From a virus (Duplodnaviria; Caudoviricetes): DNA of 64,000 bases. Under the pieces are notes generated by a model. The model was not told where the DNA came from and ran no database searches. It saw only the letters and a list, made by a program, of their open reading frames with translations. Positions within the stretch are counted from its first letter, which is position 1. Every line of letters starts with the position of its first letter. A program made the position numbers and the translations under genes. Below are positions 37,867 to 47,322 of the stretch, one piece after another. The stretch covers positions 1 to 64,000 of IMG/VR virus record IMGVR_UViG_3300037313_001869; one strand, given 5' to 3'.

Positions 37867-39006
37867 CTAGTTCAGGTGTGAGGTCTCGGCGGGCTTCTCG
37901 GTGGTCGAGGTGGGGACCTGCCAGAGAGCCACCGGGATGTTCTTGCCGTCGTAGAGGCGGGAAGTGGTGCCGACCTTGACGAGCAGGTGCCTCTCCCGGG
38001 CGGCCCGCAGGAGCCCGACGAGGGAGAACGCCGACCGCTGGAGGGTCTCGCCGAGATCCTGGGCCGAGAACGACCGCAGCCCGAAGTGCTGACGCACCGA
38101 ATCCATCATGGTCTCGACCGTGATGGATTTCAGCTCGGGCTTCTCGGGCTTCTGCTTCTTCTTGGCAGCCTTGGTCTCGGGCTTCTTCTTGGCGGTCTTG
38201 GTCTCGGGCTTCTTCGCCGCCGGTTCGGTCTTGCCGGGCTGCTTCAGGTAGAAGTACCCGGTTTTGGTCCCCTCCTTGCGGACGTACTGGACGTTCGGCT
38301 GACGCAAGAGGTAGCGCCGGAGCTGATCCCGCTTGGCCTGCGCCTCGGGCAGGATCTTCCAGCCACGCCGGGCCATCGACTTCTCGATCTCGGTGAGGGT
38401 CACCTCCCGCCCTCCGAAGAGGTGGTGGAGGAACTTCTCCGGGTCGAGCGGCTGACCGACCGGGTTCGCGAGCCAGGTCCGCTCGGCGGCGTGGGGATCT
38501 TCGGCCTTCGGCTCGGCTTTCTTGCCCTTGCCCTTCTTCGGAGCCTCCTCCTCGGGGCTGCTCAGGCTCCCCACGAAGTAGCGCCCTCCGTCCATGGGAT
38601 GGAAGATGCCAGGGTGGTTGCGGAGTGCCCGGCGGAGCGAGCCTTCCGGGTCCCGGAGGCGTGCCGGAAGGAGGCTCTCGGTCACCATGGTGTCGTACAT
38701 GTCCTTGAACGACAGAGAGAGGCCGGCGAAACGGTCGTAGGCGATCTCGTGCAAGAACCGGAACTTGGCCTCGGGCTCTGTGGCCGGTGGGGGCGTAGGG
38801 GCCGGCTTGGCCGCCGGGGGTACCGGGGCTGCCGCCTTTGGCCCGGCCTTCACCTCGGGCTGACCGAGCGAGGCGGCCTGGGTGATGACCTCGGCGAGCG
38901 AGACCAGCTCGGTATCGTCGAGGCTCGGGTAAAAGCCCCGTAGGCGGAAGCGCGCCTTGGTGAAGTCCAGGGCGGCGTCGATCACTTCCTTGTTCGGTCC
39001 GGGCAT
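37867..39006 (-). CDS. multi-domain putative DNA-binding protein
   Basis: N-terminus FRLRGFYPSLDD; several wHTH-like blocks; Lys/Ala/Pro-rich linkers (KKPETK repeats). Confidence 0.8.
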   Translation of the reverse strand: MPGPNKEVIDAALDFTKARFRLRGFYPSLDDTELVSLAEVITQAASLGQPEVKAGPKAAAPVPPAAKPAPTPPPATEPEAKFRFLHEIAYDRFAGLSLSFKDMYDTMVTESLLPARLRDPEGSLRRALRNHPGIFHPMDGGRYFVGSLSSPEEEAPKKGKGKKAEPKAEDPHAAERTWLANPVGQPLDPEKFLHHLFGGREVTLTEIEKSMARRGWKILPEAQAKRDQLRRYLLRQPNVQYVRKEGTKTGYFYLKQPGKTEPAAKKPETKTAKKKPETKAAKKKQKPEKPELKSITVETMMDSVRQHFGLRSFSAQDLGETLQRSAFSLVGLLRAARERHLLVKVGTTSRLYDGKNIPVALWQVPTSTTEKPAETSHLN

Positions 39007-39009
39007 GGG

Positions 39010-39558
39010 TCAGTCTCCGTTCTCGGCGCGGGGAACGCGCCGCAGCGGGGGGATGGCGATCTTGTGCTTGCCCAGCTCCTTCTTGAGCGTGGCAACGTTC
39101 AGGCGAAGAACTTCGACCTCTTCGCGCAGCTCCTTGACGGTTGGGCCCTGCTTCTTTTTCTCGGATTTCGGGATCAGATCGCTGACGTGCTTGGCGATGA
39201 GCTGGTAGGTCGGGGGCATGTTCGAGAGCGCGATCCACGACCTCGTCTGCTTGATGATCTGCTGCCGAAACTGGGCCGGGACGCGGGCGATGAGGGCCGA
39301 GGCGTAGACGCCGAAGCGCTCGATGTCCTGGTCGGAGAGCAGGGTCGTGGCCTTCTCGAACGCCCGGTAGTGCGCCGGTGTGCAGAGGGACTCTTGCCGC
39401 AGCATGTCGTCCCAGTTCTGGTAGGGGCCCTTCTGCCAGACGCGCGTGAGGGGGCGCATCTCGACGAGGAGCTTCATCATCTTCAGGCGGTAGCTCTCGC
39501 CCCGCGTGGCGTAGCTCTTGACGTTGCGGATAAACGACTCGTACTCGTTGTTCGACAT
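39010..39558 (-). CDS. hypothetical protein with C-terminal coiled coil
   Basis: GGTGTA 12 nt before ATG. Confidence 0.8.
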   Translation of the reverse strand: MSNNEYESFIRNVKSYATRGESYRLKMMKLLVEMRPLTRVWQKGPYQNWDDMLRQESLCTPAHYRAFEKATTLLSDQDIERFGVYASALIARVPAQFRQQIIKQTRSWIALSNMPPTYQLIAKHVSDLIPKSEKKKQGPTVKELREEVEVLRLNVATLKKELGKHKIAIPPLRRVPRAENGD

Positions 39559-39625
39559 GGCCCAGCTCTCTACACCAGCCTCGCCGGTTGCCCTGACGAT
39601 TTGCTCGCTCGGTGTAAAGGAAGCC

Positions 39626-40138
39626 ATGGCGACAAGCTACATCAAAGATCCGTACGTCTACCTCGCGGCCCAGCTTTTCGGCGTGAAAGACGAAGAGGTG
39701 ACGTTCGACATGCGCGAGGCCATGAGGCGCGCGGTCAGCTACGCGGCCGAATCCGGCGCCCCTGCCAAGGTCCGGTTCTCGCTGCTTCGGCAGCACCTCA
39801 ACGGCCTGGGAAACCACCTCGACGGCATCAAGCTCCCGTTCACGCTGACCTGTGACCAGGGGAACATCGAGGCGCTTCTCGACTACTTCGCGACGCCGAA
39901 GACCGGTCCGTCCGAAGTCTCGCCGGGCCTCTACGAGCACTTCAAGGGCACGCGCTACCGGGTCCTTCTTGTCTCCCGCGACTCCGAGAGCCGGGAGAAG
40001 CGCGCCATCTACACCCCCCTGACGCCCGAGGAAGGGTGGGACGGGGTGCCGTGGGACCGTCCGGTCGGCATGTGGGGCGACCTTGTGAGGTGGCCCGACG
40101 GCAAGTACCGTACGCGCTTCGCCCGCGTGAGCGACTAA
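39626..40138 (+). CDS. DUF1653-like domain protein with PolA-like N-terminal fragment
   Basis: PGLYEHFKG.RY.V..DSES..W.RP..MW..RF; N-terminal DPY..AAQLFGVK.EEVT..R. Confidence 0.75.
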   Translation: MATSYIKDPYVYLAAQLFGVKDEEVTFDMREAMRRAVSYAAESGAPAKVRFSLLRQHLNGLGNHLDGIKLPFTLTCDQGNIEALLDYFATPKTGPSEVSPGLYEHFKGTRYRVLLVSRDSESREKRAIYTPLTPEEGWDGVPWDRPVGMWGDLVRWPDGKYRTRFARVSD

Positions 40139-40585
40139 GGCATCGACCAAGAGGTACCGCAGATTCATGCGCGTATCCTGATCGCGGATCTTCCGGAACC
40201 CCGGGCCCAGCTCGTCGGCGAGCGGCTCGGGGAACTGGATCACGGTCGAGAGCTGATCCTGCTGCCGGCAGTAGCAGACGAGGCCAAGCAAGCTCGTCGT
40301 CGGGTCGTCGCAGCGGTAGAGGCGGTGGGCCAGGTGCTCGCAGAAGAGCGAGAAGAACACTTCGGCGTTCGCCGCTTGGTAGTAGACCGGTTCGAGCCTC
40401 CGGCCCCAGGGGTACCAGAGCAGCCGCCGCATTCTCTCCCGGCCCCGCAGCGATTTGCTGGCCAGGAAAGCGAACTCGGCGTGAGCCGGATCGTCGTGGT
40501 GGGTGACATGCCAGCCGCAGGCGGCCAGCTCGCCGGCCTCGTCGATGGCCGCTTGCAGGGTGGGGTAAGGGCCGTACGTCTTCAC
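40136..40585 (-). CDS. family B-related protein (149 aa if TTA is a stop)
   Basis: EHLAH..DDP..LGLVCYC; in-frame TTA is the complement of the convergent TAA; otherwise runs into a 990-aa antisense ORF. Confidence 0.65.
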
Positions 40586-40634
40586 CTCTTCTGTCAGACC
40601 ACAAGTGCTTTTTCGTCCGGTGTACCTGAAACCC

Positions 40635-41045
40635 ATGGACTTCGACTCACTCATTGGACGGGAAGTGGACTTTTACGGGGTCGACAACAATCGCTTTCGG
40701 TTGGGTGTGACCGCCAGTGAGAGCGTGACGTTCGAGGCCATCGAAGACCCGAACGACGGCTACCGATCCATGATGGAAGAGATCCGCGTCGTGACCGACG
40801 GCTCCGGCATCTTCTTTCGCTACCCCATCGCTCGCGTCCGGATCGAGCGAGTCCAGGATTCGTTCGCGGGCTACCTCTTGCGGGACGTGGCGCGTGACCA
40901 TGTTTGGCTCAAGGTCGGGACCAGCAACACGGGCGACTACTATCCCTACTTCACGTTCGATTACACGGTCTGTGAGAACTTCGTCCATGACGACAACCCC
41001 GAGCCGACGGGCTCGCCGCGGTACGATCGCGAGGACGTGCTGTGA
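40635..41045 (+). CDS. conserved phage protein, RF tag
   Basis: GGTGTA at 40619; FYGVDNNRF..EDPNDGYRS..GT.N..DYYP.F; PRYDREDVL*. Confidence 0.85.
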   Translation: MDFDSLIGREVDFYGVDNNRFRLGVTASESVTFEAIEDPNDGYRSMMEEIRVVTDGSGIFFRYPIARVRIERVQDSFAGYLLRDVARDHVWLKVGTSNTGDYYPYFTFDYTVCENFVHDDNPEPTGSPRYDREDVL

Positions 41046-41314
41046 GCTACTGCCGCATGAACGGCCGCGACTCGGACGTGTACGCCTACCACGATGCACG
41101 GGGAAAGCTCGTGTGCTGTGGCTGCTCGATCAGCCCCCACGATCCCGACACGGTAGGGTACGAAGAAACCTCGTACGCCGCGTTCGTAGCGCACCTCCGG
41201 GCGCACCAAGAACGCGGCGACAGGGTTCCTGAACGAGCCTTCCAGCGCCTCGAAGCCGAAGCGCTGGAAGAGGGCGATCTCGTTCAGCCGTTCAGTACAT
41301 CGACGGATCGATGA
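41042..41314 (+). CDS. small Cys/His protein
   Basis: MSYCR..SDVY..CCGC..HL.AH..GD.VP. Confidence 0.75.
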   Translation: MSYCRMNGRDSDVYAYHDARGKLVCCGCSISPHDPDTVGYEETSYAAFVAHLRAHQERGDRVPERAFQRLEAEALEEGDLVQPFSTSTDR

Positions 41315-42281
41315 GGACCCAGCCCGCGGGCTTCTCCGGGTCGAGCAGGATCGCCCGGTTGCCGTTCGGGTCGTCCTTCCGATCGTTCAGGCTGTGCTGG
41401 ACGTTCAGCCAGAAGCGGATCTTCATCTTCGGTTTGTAGTGCAGCACCCAGAGCTTGCGCGTCCAGCCGTCCTCGCACACCTCCTGCCGCATCACCTGGT
41501 TGCCGGCGATGTGAAAGAGGATGTCCTCGGGCAGGTGGTAGATGTGCCGGTGCTCGCGCCCGTCAGCCTTCACCTTGAAGGCCACGGTGCCCTTCTTGCC
41601 CTTGTGCGGCCCCGAGCGGAAGGTGCCTTCCATCGTGAGCACCACGAGGAACTTCGCACCATCGTGCTCGACGACCTCGGCGAAGGGGTGCGCCCTCGTC
41701 GCCACGGCCTTCTTCATCAGCTCGGCGATCGGCCCGTCCTCACGAAGGAACGGGTGGACCTCGAAGCCCGTGGGGGGCTGAAGGAGGAAGTCATCGGGCA
41801 GAAGCTCTTCGGACGCGGAGGGCTTCGGGTTTTCGTGTGCCTGCGTCAGGAAGTCTTCGGGCGTGCCCAAGGCCGGCGGGGGCGGAGCGTCGGGCGGCGA
41901 CCGGTCGATCATCACGCCGTCGTCTTCGGGCAGCTCCCGCAGGAGACTCCGCACGAGGATCTGCGGCTCGCCGATGGCCGCGAGAGCCTCGTTGATCGTC
42001 TGGAGGGCCCGGAGCATCTGGCCGTCGAGGTTCTCTCGGCCCTTCTCGCCCACGGCGGGGGACTGTCCGGCCGTCGTGCAGCGCTGCCGGTACTGGGCGA
42101 GGAACTTGCGGAACGACTCGCGAGCCTTGTCTTTGTCGAGTCCCACCATGTCCTGGTAGAACGAGGAGACGAGGCACTGGAGCAAGAGCCGCACGCTCTG
42201 AGACTGGGTGCCGGCCGATCGCGAGGGTCGGGAAGCGCCGGAAGGGGCGTCTTCCCTGCTGGAAACAGGGGAGGTCTGCAT
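41292..42281 (-). CDS. hypothetical protein
   Basis: 329 aa, GC3 bias on minus strand. Confidence 0.8.
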   Translation of the reverse strand: MQTSPVSSREDAPSGASRPSRSAGTQSQSVRLLLQCLVSSFYQDMVGLDKDKARESFRKFLAQYRQRCTTAGQSPAVGEKGRENLDGQMLRALQTINEALAAIGEPQILVRSLLRELPEDDGVMIDRSPPDAPPPPALGTPEDFLTQAHENPKPSASEELLPDDFLLQPPTGFEVHPFLREDGPIAELMKKAVATRAHPFAEVVEHDGAKFLVVLTMEGTFRSGPHKGKKGTVAFKVKADGREHRHIYHLPEDILFHIAGNQVMRQEVCEDGWTRKLWVLHYKPKMKIRFWLNVQHSLNDRKDDPNGNRAILLDPEKPAGWVLIDPSMY

Positions 42282-42421
42282 GGTACGCGAGCTATCCTTG
42301 TGGTTCGCGGTGCAAGCGAGGGGCGGCGTGGAACCACGGTCACGCGCCCTGACCCCTACCTTGACACCGGTTGGGCCCAGGGCGCAAGGAGGATCGCTCG
42401 GGCGCGGTGTCTATCGTTCCA

Positions 42422-42988
42422 ATGCCAGACTTCTACCCAGGGGGAATCGTCTTCGAGCGCGGCACGGGTGCGCGGGGGTTCGTCCTCGACTCGATCGACA
42501 GGGACACGAGCAACCCCGAGGCCGAAATGCGGGTTTGCTACACCTCCGGGGACCGGCCGATCTACCGGCACGTTCGGGTCTCGAACTGGGAGATGGCCCC
42601 TCGGTCCCGCTACGACCGGCTCCTCGAACCCGATGGCCCCGATGGGTGCTGGCACGGGGTGCGGCCGAAGTGGTTTCTCTGGCAGGGGCCCCAGGGCTTC
42701 TACCCGATCAACGTCACGTCCGACCTCCCTTTGCAGAAGGTGGCTGGTAAGGGGGACTTCTGGGCCTTCCGGGCCCCGCGTGGCTTCTTTCGGGTGAAGA
42801 CCCTGTGCAAGAAGTCGGTCTACCGGATAGGCTACGTCCGTCTTATCGAGCCCAACTACTACGCCGTCTGGCCCGTGGGGCCTCAGGCTACCCCTGGGGC
42901 AAAATGGAAGAGCTGGGTAACCCGGGCGCTCTCGCGCGTCGGTGTAAAGACGGTACCCTATGCCTACCACCTGGAATCTGCACTTTGA
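42422..42988 (+). CDS. hypothetical protein with internal RF-tag-like motif
   Basis: PRSRYDRLLE between two apparent domains. Confidence 0.7.
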   Translation: MPDFYPGGIVFERGTGARGFVLDSIDRDTSNPEAEMRVCYTSGDRPIYRHVRVSNWEMAPRSRYDRLLEPDGPDGCWHGVRPKWFLWQGPQGFYPINVTSDLPLQKVAGKGDFWAFRAPRGFFRVKTLCKKSVYRIGYVRLIEPNYYAVWPVGPQATPGAKWKSWVTRALSRVGVKTVPYAYHLESAL

Positions 42989-43859
42989 CGGCGAGACGCT
43001 CAACGAGCGGATCGAGTGTCGAGGCGAGGTCGAGCACCTTCGAGGCCACCCCGACGTAGAAGGCGTCGAGGTCGAGGCCCGTGAGGCGTGCTTCCACCTG
43101 ACCGTGACCTTTCGAGAAGGGGTCGAGCCGAAGCCCCGACTTCGACAGCGTTACGACCGCAGGTTCTCGACCGAATGCACTCGGTACGTTCCGCGACCGT
43201 GGCGGTCTCCTACGGATCGACAACGAGACGGCATCATCCGTCGAGCGCTTGCTACTCCCGAGGGTAGACAGCGACTCGCCGCGTCCATGGTCAATCCGAT
43301 CCGAACGCGGATCGACTACCAGAGCGTTGCCCGGCGAGCTTTCCTGGTCGAGCCGCTCCAGACCGGGGCTCTGCCCACGTACGATCGGGACCAGGAGCTA
43401 AACAGCTACGACCTCGGGACGGCACCCAGGCGCGTCCAGGTCCCGAATTTCGAGCTGGCCGCGAACCCGACGGTCCAACTGGCTGACATCCGGGAGCGCC
43501 GCTTCAACCTCATCGACCGGGCCACGTCCCGGACCGTCCAGCAGATCCAGGCGACCGAGGATCAGGAAGTCTTCTCGGCCCTCGACACGGCGACGCAAGA
43601 CCTGGTGGTCGAGCCGTTCCAGCAGCTCACGCGCGAGGCCCTCGAAGAGGTGCAGGCCCTCATCAACGCGCAGAGCATCCCCTCTTCGTCGCTCTTCATG
43701 GCAGGCGTTGACCACGGCGATCTGATCAGGTCCCTTCGGCTCCCGAACGAATACCTGCCTCCGGAGAACCCTTGCGCCGAGCAGGCTCTCGAAGCTTCCG
43801 GCCCGGAGCTTCCCCCGGTCCCGAGCCGGTTCGATCGGGTGCTGGAAATGGCGGCCTGA
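42960..43859 (+). CDS. truncated major-capsid-like protein, RF tag
   Basis: GR.RLA.SM.NPIR.RIDY....RR.FLVE.L..GALP.YD.D, VP.FELA.NP, RRFNLIDR, IQA.ED..F; ends PSRFDRVLEMAA*. Confidence 0.6.
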   Translation: MPTTWNLHFDGETLNERIECRGEVEHLRGHPDVEGVEVEAREACFHLTVTFREGVEPKPRLRQRYDRRFSTECTRYVPRPWRSPTDRQRDGIIRRALATPEGRQRLAASMVNPIRTRIDYQSVARRAFLVEPLQTGALPTYDRDQELNSYDLGTAPRRVQVPNFELAANPTVQLADIRERRFNLIDRATSRTVQQIQATEDQEVFSALDTATQDLVVEPFQQLTREALEEVQALINAQSIPSSSLFMAGVDHGDLIRSLRLPNEYLPPENPCAEQALEASGPELPPVPSRFDRVLEMAA

Positions 43860-43865
43860 AACGCC

Positions 43866-43890
43866 GAAGGGGCCCATCGGGCCCCTTCTT
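43866..43890. terminator. hairpin terminator at convergent junction
   Basis: GAAGGGGCCC-ATC-GGGCCCCTTC. Confidence 0.75.
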
Positions 43891-43891
43891 C

Positions 43892-45187
43892 TCAGCTTGC
43901 AAGCTGCGGCGTTTCTTGGAGCTGGACCTCGCCGCTCGGGGCCGCGACCACCTTCGGTTTGCGGGTGCGCTTGGGCTTCGGGGTCTCGGTCTTGGTGGGG
44001 TCCACGGCCCCTTCCTTGGCGAGGGTGTCCTTGACGGCAGGCTTGGTGCCCGTGGCTTCGCCCTTGATCTCGTGCATCTCGTCGATGGCTGCGAGCACCT
44101 CGGCGAACGAGTCGTAGTTGAGCTGCTCGGCCGCCTCACGCAGGTAGTCCTGCGACATGCCCTCGGTCTTCTCGACCAGGAGGTTCAGCTCCTTATCCGA
44201 GAGCTTGCCCTCGGGGAGGTAGCCGGAGAGCACGACCCTGCGCTCGGCCGGCGTCGGAAGCTTGAAGCGCCGCACGAGAAGCCGGCCCGGCCGGACGAAG
44301 CCAGGGTCCATGCCCTTGGCCGAGTTGGCCGTGAGGATGATGGTCGTCTCGGGGTGCGTCGCCTTGACCCGTTCGAGGATCTCCAGGATGGTCGGCATGA
44401 CCTTGGCAAGATCGGCCTTGTCCACGTCGTCGAGGATCATCACGTCCGGGGCGAGCTGGGTCAGAAGGTCGCCGAACTCCTTCGCCCGGACATGCAGGAG
44501 CGAGGTCGCGTCCATCTTGCAGGTCCGGTAGCCAAGAGCCTCGGCGAACCGGAGCGCGAAGGTCGTCTTGCCCGTGCCCGGAGCGCCGAGAAAGAGGTAC
44601 GTCTTGGCGACGTTGTCCTTCAGGTACCGGAGGTGGCGGATCTGAAACGCCTTCAGGTCGCCCTGGGCCTTGCCGTAGAGCGGGTTGGCGCTCCGAGGGA
44701 ACGTCTCGTACTCGGTCTTCGTCCGCCACCCGTAGGACGAGACCGAGACATGAACCCGACCCTCGTGCTCGCCCCAGAAGCGCGCCATCACGGGTCCGAA
44801 CTGGAGGCCGGACGAGTAGTAGTAGTTCTCGTCGACCTCGCCGTTGCACGCGCTGAAGTAGAGGGTGCCCGAGCCGTCGAGCGCCGTCGCCTCGATCACC
44901 GTCTCGTACGGGGTGAGTGCGTAGCGCCGGGTCGAGAAGGAAGCGCCGAGCGGGGTCTTGAAGAAGAGGGTGACGAACTGCTCGCTCCGCCGGGGCTCGA
45001 AGCCCCGGTCGCGGGCCATTTCAGCGAGGCTTGTGTAGGAACCCATGCCGATCGAATGCACCGACTCGGCGATGGCTACAGCCTTGACGACCACCGCCAG
45101 CGGTCCGTCGTCCTTGGTCGGGAGCTTCTGGACGACATCGCTGGCGATCCTCAGAACTTTGCGGAGCTTGAGCGGGAGAATGAGCAT
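43892..45187 (-). CDS. AAA+ ATPase
   Basis: GAPGTGKT, ILDDVD, TAN, RPGR; GGTGTA 10 nt before ATG. Confidence 0.9.
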   Translation of the reverse strand: MLILPLKLRKVLRIASDVVQKLPTKDDGPLAVVVKAVAIAESVHSIGMGSYTSLAEMARDRGFEPRRSEQFVTLFFKTPLGASFSTRRYALTPYETVIEATALDGSGTLYFSACNGEVDENYYYSSGLQFGPVMARFWGEHEGRVHVSVSSYGWRTKTEYETFPRSANPLYGKAQGDLKAFQIRHLRYLKDNVAKTYLFLGAPGTGKTTFALRFAEALGYRTCKMDATSLLHVRAKEFGDLLTQLAPDVMILDDVDKADLAKVMPTILEILERVKATHPETTIILTANSAKGMDPGFVRPGRLLVRRFKLPTPAERRVVLSGYLPEGKLSDKELNLLVEKTEGMSQDYLREAAEQLNYDSFAEVLAAIDEMHEIKGEATGTKPAVKDTLAKEGAVDPTKTETPKPKRTRKPKVVAAPSGEVQLQETPQLAS

Positions 45188-45217
45188 GGCCCGGTACTAC
45201 ACCGGGCCGAAGGGTCG

Positions 45218-46036
45218 CTACTTGCGCTTCCCTCCCTTTCTCAGGGCAGGGGGAAGGGTGAGCTGACGTGCGGCGTTCCGCTCGGCATCTTCCTTCTTCC
45301 ATTGCTCCCGCTGGGCCTTCGACTCGACCTCCCGCTGGCGCTCCTTCTCCCACTGCTTCTCGATGTACGCCTTGGTTTCGGCCTGCCGCCGGATGCGCTT
45401 GGTCTCCTCGGCGAACCGGTCCTTGAAGGCTTCGAGTGTGAAGCTCGGGTCGTGGGCGCGGACTTCCTCGGCGAGCTTGGCGAGCTTCTCCTCGTCCCCG
45501 AAACGGGCCGCGTCCCAGAGCGACAGCTCCCGCGAGAGCAGGGTCTCGACCTTGCTGATCTCTTCGCGAGTGTGGACGACCCCGCCTGTGTTGAAGTCGA
45601 GGTACCATTGGAGCACCTCGGCCCGGGTCTTCAGGTCGTTGACGTGCCACCGGATGCTGTGGTCGAAGGTGTGGAGCTTGTCCGTGAAGTCACCATAGAA
45701 GCTCCCGCCGAAGACCGAGACCTCGTTACGAAGGAAGGCACGGATCGCCGTGAGCCGCTGCTTGCCGTCCACGAGCACGTAGTCCGACCTGCCACCTGAG
45801 TTCCAGTCGGGGCAGTTGGTCTGGATGGCCCGGCCGGTCAGCCCGCCGCGGAGGCAGAACTCGATGTAGGCCGACTGTTGATCGCCGGTCCAGACGTGAG
45901 CACGCTGGAAATCGGGGTCGAGGTTGAGGCCGTTCTCGACTTGATGGTTCAGGTGCTCTTCGAGGTACGACCAGGGGATGTCGACGCCGTAGTTCGCCTG
46001 GCGCGTGAACTTCGGGATATCTTGGAAGCGGGGCAT
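45218..46036 (-). CDS. DUF262 (ParB-like) domain protein
   Basis: PDFQRAHVW, VDGKQRLT, FNTGG. Confidence 0.85.
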   Translation of the reverse strand: MPRFQDIPKFTRQANYGVDIPWSYLEEHLNHQVENGLNLDPDFQRAHVWTGDQQSAYIEFCLRGGLTGRAIQTNCPDWNSGGRSDYVLVDGKQRLTAIRAFLRNEVSVFGGSFYGDFTDKLHTFDHSIRWHVNDLKTRAEVLQWYLDFNTGGVVHTREEISKVETLLSRELSLWDAARFGDEEKLAKLAEEVRAHDPSFTLEAFKDRFAEETKRIRRQAETKAYIEKQWEKERQREVESKAQREQWKKEDAERNAARQLTLPPALRKGGKRK

Positions 46037-46038
46037 GG

Positions 46039-46389
46039 TTAGTTGCTCGGCCAGCGGGGCAGGTTGTGGGGCCGTGGTTCGTGCGTGATTGCAGCCTTTA
46101 TGTAGTCGTCGCCCTCTTTCCCGAGGAGCCCAGCGCCCCCGAAGGCGCAGGGCGTGGCCTCGTGGTTGAGGACCTCGGTGAGCCAGGCGATCGGGCTCAA
46201 GTTTTCGAGCCAGGGGTCGGGCAAGTAAGGGTTGACCTCGGGCCAGAGCATGTTTGCGATCTCGGCCGCCGTCGCCCGCCCCTCCCGGATCTCTCCGAAG
46301 ATCAACGTGTGACGAGGCGCCTCGCTGACGAGCCACCGAAGCTCTTTCGGCCCGGGCTTGTAGTTACCCGGTTCGCGCCGGGGGCTCAT
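46039..46389 (-). CDS. hypothetical protein
   Basis: ATGA overlap in minus operon. Confidence 0.7.
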   Translation of the reverse strand: MSPRREPGNYKPGPKELRWLVSEAPRHTLIFGEIREGRATAAEIANMLWPEVNPYLPDPWLENLSPIAWLTEVLNHEATPCAFGGAGLLGKEGDDYIKAAITHEPRPHNLPRWPSN

Positions 46390-47102
46390 GGGAGCCTCGG
46401 TAGCCGGACGTTCCAGCGCTTGCGGTCGCTCTCGGAGATCCGCTCGAAGAGCGTCCTGGCCTCGTCGATGGCCAGGCCCGCCTTCACACGGATCGTGGCG
46501 ATTTCGGTCTCCCTCGTGGTGATGGCCTCGGCGGTCAGCTCGCCCCGCAGGTTGTCGAGCGCCGTTTGCTTCGGGCCGATCATCGCGATGAGCTTGTTGG
46601 CCGCGTCGATCTTCGCGTTGCCTTCCCTCACGTTGGCCATGACCGCGGCCCGGGCCACCTGCATTTCCTTGAGGGACTTCTCCCAGGTCTCTTGCTCGGC
46701 CGAGACGAGCGGACGCTCGAAGGTCGGGTCACCGAACCAGAAGTGATCTTCGCCCTCGTTCTTGGCGACGTACTCGGCCATGGCCGAGAGAGTGTCGAAC
46801 GTGACGTACTCGGTCCGCCGGTCGCCACGGCAGCAGCCCCTCATGCAGCCCTCTTCGCCCGTCTTTGTTTCCAGCTTGTACTGGGCGCTCGTGTTGTAGG
46901 GGTCGAGAACGGCGTTCAGGTGCGTGACGATCTGCTCGGCTTCCTGTTCGGAGTCGGGCCAGACGACGGCCTTGGTCTCTTCCGAGAAGACCGTGGCGAC
47001 CATCACGGTGCAACGGCCTTCCTCGTTCTTCTCGTAGAAGAAGACGGCGCGGTTCTCGCTGTCGGCTTCCTGGCGGGCATCGGCGGGGGTCCTGCTTGGC
47101 AT
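46386..47102 (-). CDS. hypothetical coiled-coil protein
   Basis: TGATG coupling; GAGGAG SD. Confidence 0.8.
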   Translation of the reverse strand: MPSRTPADARQEADSENRAVFFYEKNEEGRCTVMVATVFSEETKAVVWPDSEQEAEQIVTHLNAVLDPYNTSAQYKLETKTGEEGCMRGCCRGDRRTEYVTFDTLSAMAEYVAKNEGEDHFWFGDPTFERPLVSAEQETWEKSLKEMQVARAAVMANVREGNAKIDAANKLIAMIGPKQTALDNLRGELTAEAITTRETEIATIRVKAGLAIDEARTLFERISESDRKRWNVRLPRLP

Positions 47103-47320
47103 CACGTCTCCTCGGGGGTCTCGGGGCTGATGAAGATACAGAGGCAGTTGTCCGGGTTTCCTAGCTCGGCCCGCGTCTTCGCGGAAACGACGAGAAAGCC
47201 GCCCCGAAGGGCCACCCACCGACCCTGAAACCAGTGGCCGTAGTGGGCAGCCCAGCGTGTATTGGCGTGGAAGTCCCCCCGCCCCGACAAGGGGCGGAGG
47301 GACACGTTCGGTTTGCTCAT
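47102..47320 (-). CDS. small hypothetical protein
   Basis: Fills operon gap; MSKPNVSLRP. Confidence 0.65.
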   Translation of the reverse strand: MSKPNVSLRPLSGRGDFHANTRWAAHYGHWFQGRWVALRGGFLVVSAKTRAELGNPDNCLCIFISPETPEET

Positions 47321-47322
47321 GC

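Noticed and set aside
40108-40138. TRFARVSD as independent evidence for the tag
   Set aside because: A terminal RF is, as I recall, native to DUF1653-like domains, so this instance is ambiguous
37682-40654. 990-aa minus-strand ORF
   Set aside because: Only 40136-40585 looks coding; the rest is out-of-frame or antisense to real genes and Arg/Pro/Gly-rich
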